Shown: piece by piece, positions 1 to 6,764 of the stretch
Layout: every line of letters begins with the position of its first letter
Position numbering within the stretch: position 1 is the stretch's first letter
IMG/VR virus record: IMGVR_UViG_3300031992_000067
Span: 18,360 to 82,359 of that record
Strand: one strand, 5' to 3'
From: a virus
Taxonomy: Duplodnaviria; Caudoviricetes
DNA length: 64,000 bases
Notes under the pieces: generated by a model
Told to the model about the DNA's origin: nothing
Database searches by the model: none
Seen by the model: the letters and a program-made list of their open reading frames with translations, nothing else
Translations under genes and position numbers: made by a program

Positions 1-15
1 GTGGTAAGGGTGTAA

Positions 16-465
16 ATGAGAAAACTGTCAAAACTGGTCAAGAAGATACCTGCCGTCGGCCACATGGCTGGCGACGACGTACCGAAGCGCGTCTTGATGA
101 AGTTCGAGGACGGCGAAACTGGTAAGACCAAGTGCGCGGCGTTCGTCGAGATAGCCGACACGCAGCCCCTGCGTACCAGGGGGCTCTCAAAAAGAGCTTC
201 GCTCGGCAAGTCGTCCGGTATGTACTTCGACTGCCACGGCCCGTTTTGGATGAAGGATGTGGAATTTCCGCTTGACCTGTGCTACCTGGATGAACGCGGC
301 GCCGTCACAGAGAAGGTGGCGATGGCCAAGGACAAACTTGGAAGGACCCTGTACCCGCGAAAAAGCGCCGATTCCGTGCAGGCGATCGAGCTTCCGGCTG
401 GATACTGCACCGAGCACGGCATAAAAATAGGGGACGTTCTAGTCCCAATGGTGAGGATAGACTGA
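16..465 (+). CDS. DUF192 family protein
   Basis: Motifs GMYFD, PFWMKDVEFPLDLCYLD and AIELPAG...GIKIGD match the DUF192 pattern. Confidence 0.75.
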   Translation: MRKLSKLVKKIPAVGHMAGDDVPKRVLMKFEDGETGKTKCAAFVEIADTQPLRTRGLSKRASLGKSSGMYFDCHGPFWMKDVEFPLDLCYLDERGAVTEKVAMAKDKLGRTLYPRKSADSVQAIELPAGYCTEHGIKIGDVLVPMVRID

Positions 466-1229
466 TGGACAACAGGTTCAAGCCTATAGGCGGAATGTTT
501 CAGGGTGTTCGAGGCTCGACCGTTGAAGGCGGGTCTGCCAAGCACGCCTCCAAGCTGGTGAAGCTCAACGGTTCTGGACTTGTGGACGTGTCATGCCTCC
601 CTGAAGGCGTAAAGGAGGCGTCAAAGCTGGCAGCTGACCTGGAGGCTGAAATTAGCGCCAGAAAAGAGGGTGACATAGACCTTTCGCTCCGCCAGGAGAC
701 GTATGAGAGCGCCGTTGCGGCCAAATTTGACCAAGTTGACGCTGGATTGTTGGATAACGCCCACGACATTGGCTGCCTTTCCGAAAAGCAGTCAGATGAC
801 ATGTCCTCCGTGAACGGCAGATTTGACAGCGTGGAATCCAGAGTGTCAAATGTGGAGGATCAGTCCGATAGGAACTCAGACGATATTTCAGCCCTTGGCA
901 ACCGGGTGTCAGGCGATGAAACCCGAGTACAGTCCCTGGAAGGGTCGGTCGCATCGCTGGATGGAAGAATGGACACCGCAGAGTCAGAGATATCGCAGCT
1001 TAGACGCGTTTCCGACTCCATAGCCTCTGACATCAGCACCGTTATGACACAGGTTTCCACGTGGGTAAACGGCCTTAACGACCTTACTCGCGACATGGCC
1101 GGGGTGAAGTCGGAACTCGCGGCGTTTGAAGAGAGCACAAGAGGCCAGTTTGACACGGTAACAATGGCAATAAACGACTTGAACCAGAGAATTTCCGATC
1201 TTTACAAGCGGTTGTTCCCGGACGGGTGA
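465..1229 (+). CDS. Long coiled-coil protein, possibly virion fibre or structural
   Basis: Heptad-like repeats (RVSNVE, RVQSLEGSVASLDGRMDTAESEISQL); TGATG overlap with upstream gene. Confidence 0.5.
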   Translation: MDNRFKPIGGMFQGVRGSTVEGGSAKHASKLVKLNGSGLVDVSCLPEGVKEASKLAADLEAEISARKEGDIDLSLRQETYESAVAAKFDQVDAGLLDNAHDIGCLSEKQSDDMSSVNGRFDSVESRVSNVEDQSDRNSDDISALGNRVSGDETRVQSLEGSVASLDGRMDTAESEISQLRRVSDSIASDISTVMTQVSTWVNGLNDLTRDMAGVKSELAAFEESTRGQFDTVTMAINDLNQRISDLYKRLFPDG

Positions 1230-1236
1230 CTTAGAG

Positions 1237-1584
1237 ATGTACTCGCGTGTTTTTAGCCATGCTTCGCTTGAAAAAAGAGAGCTTAAAAGACTGTTTATCC
1301 TAAAGTTCAGAGCCATGCACGACGTTAACCACATGACGTGGGACGACTGCGCTTCGGTTTACGAGTCTGAGACGGGCGAGCCAATTTCAGGCAACAAACT
1401 GCGCCTGAAGGTGAAAAGGGCGGCCAAGGACGCAGGTTTCGTGCATATTTCCGAGTTTCCGGAAAAAATCGTGGTGTCTGTGTTCGAGCTGTCGTTTTTT
1501 GGGTGTTTTTGGTGCGCTGTCCGGAAATTTTTCGCTAAAATCGGTGATTTTTGGAGAAAAACCGGGAAATTGGTGCAAAAATGA
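1237..1584 (+). CDS. Hypothetical protein
   Basis: 115-aa ORF in operon context; C-terminus encoded by the A/T-tract region. Confidence 0.5.
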   Translation: MYSRVFSHASLEKRELKRLFILKFRAMHDVNHMTWDDCASVYESETGEPISGNKLRLKVKRAAKDAGFVHISEFPEKIVVSVFELSFFGCFWCAVRKFFAKIGDFWRKTGKLVQK

Positions 1585-1654
1585 CCATTTTTGACCTAAA
1601 AACAGGCAAAAATCATGAAAAATTCGGCGAAAACGTAGCTTTTGCCGAAAATTT
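1495..1654. other. Phased A/T-tract region (predicted intrinsically bent DNA)
   Basis: A/T runs start at about 1495, 1506, 1525, 1537, 1548, 1557, 1567, 1577, 1588, 1598, 1608, 1618, 1630, 1640 and 1648, roughly 10-11 bp apart in a GC-rich genome. Confidence 0.65.
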
Positions 1655-2120
1655 CATGTCTTACGGCATCCCAGACGTCGCCGAACTCATATCACGCGCC
1701 GAAAAATACAAGCTGAAGCACCGCGAAGTGTTAAACGAGTTCACGTACGAGCAGATTTGCGACGAATTCAATGGAGTTGGGCCCGACAGATGGTCGCAGG
1801 AGCTTCGTGACATACTGTCCTGGGTGTTCCAGGACGTGCTGGAAGCCGTGATGGTGCATGACATGGACTACGTCAAGGGCGGAACGCACGAGGAGTTTCT
1901 TGAGGCCAACGCCGTGTTGGCCAAGAATGTGCGCCGCCTGGCGCGTAAAAAATACCACTGGTGGCAGGCGCGCCGTTATTTTCTTTACGTTTCATCCGTC
2001 AAGATGGAGCAGTTGACCAACGAGTTCGGCTGGGAAGGCTGGAACAAGACGGATGACGTTGAGTCTGGTTTCTGCGCGGATAGTTCAACAAAGGCGTATG
2101 CGACGACCTATGACGTCTAG
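1581..2120 (+). CDS. Phage protein with NGxG...HDxxY motif (DUF1353 / phospholipase A2-like fold, tentative)
   Basis: NGVGPDRW...VMVHDMDYVKGGT...EANAVL; ATGA overlap with upstream stop. Confidence 0.4.
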   Translation: MTIFDLKTGKNHEKFGENVAFAENFMSYGIPDVAELISRAEKYKLKHREVLNEFTYEQICDEFNGVGPDRWSQELRDILSWVFQDVLEAVMVHDMDYVKGGTHEEFLEANAVLAKNVRRLARKKYHWWQARRYFLYVSSVKMEQLTNEFGWEGWNKTDDVESGFCADSSTKAYATTYDV

Positions 2121-2239
2121 GAATCTGCAGCTCTACTAGACGGGGTTTGGCGCATATGCACGGAGAACGCCCTGAGGTTCCGGAGCCGACGGGAGATCTG
2201 GGGTGAAAAGCCCCACGCCTGCCTTTTGGAGGTAAAAAC

Positions 2240-3013
2240 ATGCTGATTGACAAGATAAAGCTACTTTGGAACATGCTGGTGGGCAAGGCGAAGCTCACGA
2301 GCCGCAAGGACACCGCCGTGGTGTGCGTGGGCATGCAGACGTCGGCAAAGTACGGTGCATGCCCCGGCGCGCAGGTGGATTCGACGTCAATGGCTAGCAG
2401 GCTTGGAAAGTACGGGTCGGTTACGCTTCTGCAAAGCCGTAACGCCACTACGACAGCCGTGTCAGAAGCGCTTAGAGGCGCTTTGGAGAAGGACCTTTGC
2501 ATATTCTATTATTCCGGACACGGTGGCCAGCGTAGGGACCCGAAGGGGGAAAACGGCATGTCTGAGTTCCTGTGCCTGAACAACGGCCCGCTGCCCGACT
2601 ACGAGATTTGGAACATGGTATCAAAGGCCAAGGGTAGGGTCGTGATGATATTCGACTGCTGCCACTCGGCAACCATGTTCAGGGAGGCCACAGCAAGCAG
2701 CGACGTGGAACAGCCAGAGGTAGTAAACCTCGGATTTCGGTTCAAGATGCTGGAAGGAGTGGCGACGGCCAGAGACAACTCCGAAGTGGAGGCAGCAAAG
2801 AGCCACGGCATCCTGGTGTGGTCCGGGTGTCCGGCAAATAGCTACTCATACGGGGACGACAACGGAGGCGTGCTGACCAACGGCATCAAAAAAGGCATGA
2901 AGTCAGGCGCCACGTACGACAGCGTGTGGGAGACGGCCAAGAAGGCCGCCAAGAGCCAAAACCCCGTGAGGACCGTCATCGGGTCAGGATTTGACGGACT
3001 TGTCTTCAGATAG
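2240..3013 (+). CDS. Metacaspase / caspase-like peptidase (C14)
   Basis: His motif YYSGHGGQ, Cys motif IFDCCHSAT, late SYSYG...GGVLT; RBS GGAGG. Confidence 0.88.
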   Translation: MLIDKIKLLWNMLVGKAKLTSRKDTAVVCVGMQTSAKYGACPGAQVDSTSMASRLGKYGSVTLLQSRNATTTAVSEALRGALEKDLCIFYYSGHGGQRRDPKGENGMSEFLCLNNGPLPDYEIWNMVSKAKGRVVMIFDCCHSATMFREATASSDVEQPEVVNLGFRFKMLEGVATARDNSEVEAAKSHGILVWSGCPANSYSYGDDNGGVLTNGIKKGMKSGATYDSVWETAKKAAKSQNPVRTVIGSGFDGLVFR

Positions 3014-3036
3014 GTTCAAATCAAACCAAATATCAC

Positions 3037-3066
3037 GGCCGTCCTTCGCAAGAGGGGCGGCCTTTT
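3037..3066 (+). terminator. Intrinsic terminator
   Basis: GGCCGTCCTTC-GCAA-GAGGGGCGGCC stem followed by TTTT. Confidence 0.8.
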
Positions 3067-3116
3067 AAGTTATTGACAGGTTGTAAACATATTGTAGAAA
3101 AAGGTTATAACAAAGT

Positions 3117-3755
3117 ATGAACACACTGTTAGCTCCCTCTGAGCCCGACGAGGTTAAACTCGGGCAAGTCCGTCAATTCTCGTTCGAAGGCAAAACCGCT
3201 CTCGGCTTGGTTTTCCGGGAGTGGATTAAAGAAGACGGTGACCCGGGAATTTGGCTGGTGTGCCCGGTAAAGGACATTGAGGAAAGCGGAGACGAAGACC
3301 CCACAGGGATTTCCGTCTACGCCCAGGGCGCGAACCCGATTGAGACCATTTTCGGGCTTACCGGCTGGGACGGCGGCTACGCCATGCCGTACCTTGGCGG
3401 AACCGTTGATGGGGAAATCATTCTCAAGACTCCAATTGTTGGTACTGTAATACCGGAAACGGTTGACCAGTGCTGGCGGTTGTTCCGGTCACAGTTCACC
3501 GGAAAGATGCCAGACCCTGAAAAGGATTTTTGGTACTTCTCCGAAAAGGAGCACTCGCAGTCCGACTGGGAAAAGAGTTTCATAGTCCTCTATGAACCTG
3601 ATTTCTGGGAGGACGATTGGACAGAGGCCTATGAGAATGACAGCGCAGGTCCATACGACACGACTGACAACTGGGGCCCGGTGTGCTCCGGCTGCCAGTT
3701 TTTCGGACAGTCACACAAACCCTGCGCGGCCTGCGAAAAGGCCAAAGCAGGATGA
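3117..3755 (+). CDS. Hypothetical acidic protein with C-terminal CxxC...CxxC
   Basis: 212-aa ORF between two terminators. Confidence 0.65.
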   Translation: MNTLLAPSEPDEVKLGQVRQFSFEGKTALGLVFREWIKEDGDPGIWLVCPVKDIEESGDEDPTGISVYAQGANPIETIFGLTGWDGGYAMPYLGGTVDGEIILKTPIVGTVIPETVDQCWRLFRSQFTGKMPDPEKDFWYFSEKEHSQSDWEKSFIVLYEPDFWEDDWTEAYENDSAGPYDTTDNWGPVCSGCQFFGQSHKPCAACEKAKAG

Positions 3756-3760
3756 ACAGG

Positions 3761-3798
3761 AAAATCCCCGCCGCCAAGGAGCCGGCCGGGATTTTTTT
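3761..3798 (+). terminator. Intrinsic terminator, possibly bidirectional
   Basis: AAAATCCC...GGGATTTT stem followed by a T run. Confidence 0.75.
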
Positions 3799-3812
3799 AC
3801 CTATTGGAAAAA

Positions 3813-3842
3813 TGGTTAAGATTTACCTTATACAGGTTATAA
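3813..3842 (+). promoter_or_regulatory. Putative phage promoter TGG(C)TTAA-N16-GTTATAA
   Basis: TGGTTAA at 3813-3819, 16-nt spacer, GTTATAA at 3836-3842; same geometry at 5019 and 6426. Confidence 0.6.
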
Positions 3843-3934
3843 AAAGATACCCAAGGAGCTTTCTCCATTGTACGGAGTACCCCGGTGTAAGAAAGGCGCC
3901 GGAAATTTAACCAAAGGTTCCAAGGGTCGTAATC

Positions 3935-4897
3935 ATGAACGAGAACATGAACACATACGCCCTCTCCAACCTCCCCTTCAACGGGGACCTTCTGACCTCG
4001 AAGGAGCGTGAGGTTATCGTCGAAAGCTGGGACGGGGAGGCCCAGCTCATCGACGACGTGGCGTCCATCCACGTCGCGGTCCATAGCGGGCAGGAGTTCC
4101 ACGCCGACGAGGCGTTGGCTCTGGCTCTCCTCCGCGTCCTCTCAGGCGCGGAGATCACGTGGACTAGGACCCGTGACCCCAAGGTCCTCTCCGAGGCCGA
4201 CCTCCGGGTCGACGTCGGGGAGGGTCTCCTCGACCACCACGGGGCCAGGGCCGAGGCCGGGGTAGCCGCCTGCACTCGTGTCTTCGCCCTCCTCCGCAAC
4301 TCTCGCACCCAGCCCCGCGAGGTGTGGGAGGTCCTGGAGCCGGTCGTGATCGCCACGGCCGCGATGGACACCGGTATGTCCACGGTCAATGTGAACCCCT
4401 GGGTTCACGCGGCGTGCCAGGCGGCCCGCGCCCGCGGCGAGAACCCCGACGAGGCGTTCGCGAAGGTCGTTGAAAAGATGACAGAGTTCGTCGTCGACCT
4501 CGTCGAGGCGGCCCGGGCGGCGGCCAAGGCGAAGGCCGCTGCGGAGCGCGAGATGGATGAGCTTGGTGACGCTCCAATCGTCATCTTCTCCTCCGCCTCG
4601 CGTCTGGCTGACGTGAAGAAGATGATGTGGGAGAAGAAGCGCGCCTGCATCTACTTCATCAGCCCCGAGTCCGAGTCGGATTGGCGCGTCCTCTGCGCCG
4701 CCGACCCGGATAAGCCCTACAGCCCGTTCGACTCCCGCCGTCTGATCCCGGAGAAGTTCCGGGGTCTCCGCGGCGTGAGCCTTGACGAGGCCGCTGGGAC
4801 GACTGGCGGCGTATTCTGCCATGCCGCCGGCTTCATCGCCGGGTTCTCCACGCGCTCGGCGGCCTTCCAGTTCGCCACGGCGTGTCTGGAGGACTAG
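3935..4897 (+). CDS. MYG1 family (UPF0160) metal-dependent hydrolase / putative RNA exonuclease
   Basis: HSGQEFHADE, RTRDP, DVGEG..DHH and C-terminal FCHAAGFIA are hallmark MYG1 motifs. Confidence 0.85.
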   Translation: MNENMNTYALSNLPFNGDLLTSKEREVIVESWDGEAQLIDDVASIHVAVHSGQEFHADEALALALLRVLSGAEITWTRTRDPKVLSEADLRVDVGEGLLDHHGARAEAGVAACTRVFALLRNSRTQPREVWEVLEPVVIATAAMDTGMSTVNVNPWVHAACQAARARGENPDEAFAKVVEKMTEFVVDLVEAARAAAKAKAAAEREMDELGDAPIVIFSSASRLADVKKMMWEKKRACIYFISPESESDWRVLCAADPDKPYSPFDSRRLIPEKFRGLRGVSLDEAAGTTGGVFCHAAGFIAGFSTRSAAFQFATACLED

Positions 4898-4967
4898 CCA
4901 CCGCACCCCATGCACGTGGGGGTTTCACAAACTTCAAGGCCCCGGCGCGTGCACGCCGGGAACAAAA

Positions 4968-4995
4968 GAGGCGGCTAGTAACCGCACTCTTTTTT
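4968..4995 (+). terminator. Intrinsic terminator after the MYG1-like gene
   Basis: GAG-GCGG-CTAGTAA-CCGC-A-CTC followed by TTTTTT. Confidence 0.7.
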
Positions 4996-5018
4996 ACCTT
5001 TTTGAGACATGGGTAAAA

Positions 5019-5049
5019 TGGCTTAAAAAACGCATAAAATACGTTATAA
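5019..5049 (+). promoter_or_regulatory. Putative promoter for the large ncRNA
   Basis: TGGCTTAA at 5019-5026, 16-nt spacer, GTTATAA at 5043-5049; first RNA stem starts at 5058. Confidence 0.6.
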
Positions 5050-5057
5050 GTATTTAC

Positions 5058-5990
5058 ACGGGGAAGATTACGCATCGGCATGGTTCGGTGACGAAACCGT
5101 TTCCCGTTGCTCTGGGGTCATCTGGAATGGGACGCACCCCGGATCCCGTGGAAGCGGGACACTTGAGAGCGGCAGGTCTGGCCGGCGAGCTCGTCGGTTA
5201 AGATAAAACTGCGTGGAGATGGATTACCACGCAGGACTTGTCGCACGCGCCCGGACGGCGCGTGACCTTCCCCCGGGTGGCGGTGAGGGGATGCCGGAAT
5301 CAAGTAACCGGTATGGAGTTCAGACACGGGCTCCGGCTTGTTGTGGTTTGGCAACGCAACAGGTTATAAGTCGTGAGGGCATGGCTTAGCGACTACGTGT
5401 CTAACCTCTAAGCAGCTCCTTAATCCGGGGAGCATAGGGGCTGATCAGGGATAGCCTTCTTCCAGAGGTGCCCAGGTGGAATGACGGTCCACCGGCTGCG
5501 GATCATAACGATGGTATAACTGCCGCAGCAAAAGACTGTTTCGGGCCAAGCCTGTTTCGAAGCAGTCCACGTCATTTCAGCTTCTCGGGCCATGTGGAAT
5601 TCTCGCATCCGCCCCATGGTCCATGTAAAGAGCGATCCCCCGCGCAAGTGGTTGGCAACATGCGCGGAAGGGTATGCGAGGTACGTCGGAACATCGGCAG
5701 CAATGCCATGTTTCTCGGGCGTAGGATAATTCCGGATGGGTGAGCGTCTCCCCTACCCGGGCATGCCAAAAACCCCTCGAAAGGTGAGGCTGGTTGAATG
5801 AGACGCCTGCACGGAATGTCCACGGTCCGTGCGAGTACACCGCGCCAACGGCGGTAGTGGAACGTTTTCCGGCTTAGGCCGGTAAAGCCCCAGGTCGCAA
5901 GGCCAGGGGCGAGGTGGAAGGCCAGGTGCTCCAGCGGACTTACAGGCGCACGTTGCGTCTGGGTTTCTGGAAGCTTGGTGGCCCACTAGG
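5058..5990 (+). ncRNA. Large highly structured non-coding RNA of unassigned class (boundaries approximate)
   Basis: No credible ORF over about 930 nt; about 20 consecutive hairpins; GNRA loops at 5088, 5150, 5700, 5779 and 5897; G-U pairs; two 7-bp pseudoknot-type pairings. Confidence 0.75.
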
Positions 5991-6018
5991 CTAGTAACCT
6001 TCATAGGAAAGGATTTTT

Positions 6019-6261
6019 ATGAAAACAACTGCGCCGTATCGCTCCTTCGGCAAGGGCAAGCCCGACAACCTCAACCGGCGTTTCGCCGACCGTACCCGTA
6101 CCGAACAGGTCGAGCGGGTCTCGGAGGGTGTGGTCGTCCACTGGGCGACCCCACGTCCGGACCGCCTGACCGAGAACAAGTCCGAGGAGGAACGCAAGTT
6201 CTTCCGGGACTTCGGTCCCAGGTACACCAAGAGGCACCCGGGGCCGCAGGCCCGCGGGTAG
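6019..6261 (+). CDS. Small basic hypothetical protein
   Basis: 80 aa, Arg/Lys-rich, RBS AAAGGA upstream. Confidence 0.65.
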   Translation: MKTTAPYRSFGKGKPDNLNRRFADRTRTEQVERVSEGVVVHWATPRPDRLTENKSEEERKFFRDFGPRYTKRHPGPQARG

Positions 6262-6380
6262 TCGGGTGGCAGTCGGGAAAGACCGACCCCAACGTACAGG
6301 CGTTGGGGGGTGAAAGCCCCCAGATGGAAAGAAGTGCATCGTCCGTGCGCCGCATCCAGCGGTGAATACGGACGATGCAC
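6261..6380 (+). ncRNA. Structured RNA element (hairpin cluster)
   Basis: Perfect 13-bp stem 6334-6346/6368-6380, CCCAACG/CGTTGGG stem, GAAA tetraloop hairpin. Confidence 0.45.
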
Positions 6381-6381
6381 G

Positions 6382-6411
6382 AAGGGAGCCGCGCCTGTGA
6401 GCGTTCCTTTT
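6382..6411 (+). terminator. Putative intrinsic terminator
   Basis: AAGGGA-GC...GC-G-TTCCTT followed by TTTACCT. Confidence 0.5.
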
Positions 6412-6425
6412 ACCTGTTATCCGTG

Positions 6426-6456
6426 TGGCTTAATAAAAGGCCTAACGGAGTTATAA
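6426..6456 (+). promoter_or_regulatory. Putative phage promoter TGGCTTAA-N16-GTTATAA
   Basis: TGGCTTAA at 6426-6433, 16-nt spacer, GTTATAA at 6450-6456. Confidence 0.6.
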
Positions 6457-6548
6457 CAATTTACCGGGGCCCGACTATTACGGACTCGGCCATGCGGGTG
6501 CATGGTCAGGACGCGTAATACGGCAGGTTCCACAACCAAGGAAACACA

Positions 6549-6764
6549 ATGAAGAAACGTTTCTTCGGCCGCGCCGTACAAGACGGCGTGGTAGTTTGCG
6601 AGGGGTTTGAGATCACCCCCCGCGAACATAAGGTCGCGATCTCCCCTAGGCTCGAGGCCCAGCGCCTCATGCGTGAGCAGGCACAGCGGAGGATGTCCGC
6701 CACCACGCGCAGCAATGTCGCGTGGAAACCCATCGTCGCCAAGGTGGAGGTGCAGAATGGATAG
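6549..6764 (+). CDS. Small basic hypothetical protein
   Basis: 71-aa ORF with AAGGA RBS. Confidence 0.6.
   Translation: MKKRFFGRAVQDGVVVCEGFEITPREHKVAISPRLEAQRLMREQAQRRMSATTRSNVAWKPIVAKVEVQNG

Noticed and set aside
2121-2239. Possible riboswitch upstream of the metacaspase
   Set aside because: Only one convincing hairpin (2199-2215); no recognisable aptamer consensus
5363-5369. Extra GTTATAA inside the ncRNA as a fourth promoter
   Set aside because: Lacks the upstream TGG(C)TTAA element at 16 nt
5385-5400. TTAGCGACTAC resembles the group I intron P7 (R) element
   Set aside because: No matching S element and no interrupted host gene; no group II domain V or GTGCG start either
5437-5460. 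GGGGCTGAT resembles the 5' end of tmRNA
   Set aside because: Not followed by a GGATTCGAC-like sequence; no T-arm, CCA 3' end or tag reading frame at the expected distance
5398-5465. CTAACCTC-TAAGC and AGGGATAGCCTTCT resemble pieces of the c-di-AMP (ydaO) riboswitch
   Set aside because: The pieces are in the wrong order and the 5' conserved part is missing; likely chance
5566-5600. TTCTCG loop suggestive of an HDV-like (theta) ribozyme
   Set aside because: No G-U/G-C start to P1, no GG for P1.1, no catalytic C junction or P2 partner
5880-5910. GGTAAA...GCAAGGCC resembles part of bacterial RNase P RNA
   Set aside because: The conserved GAGGAAAGTCC and the 3' P4 partner are absent
5118-6004. 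Several short ORFs called in the ORF track within the ncRNA region
   Set aside because: No RBS, atypical composition, present on both strands, and better explained by RNA structure
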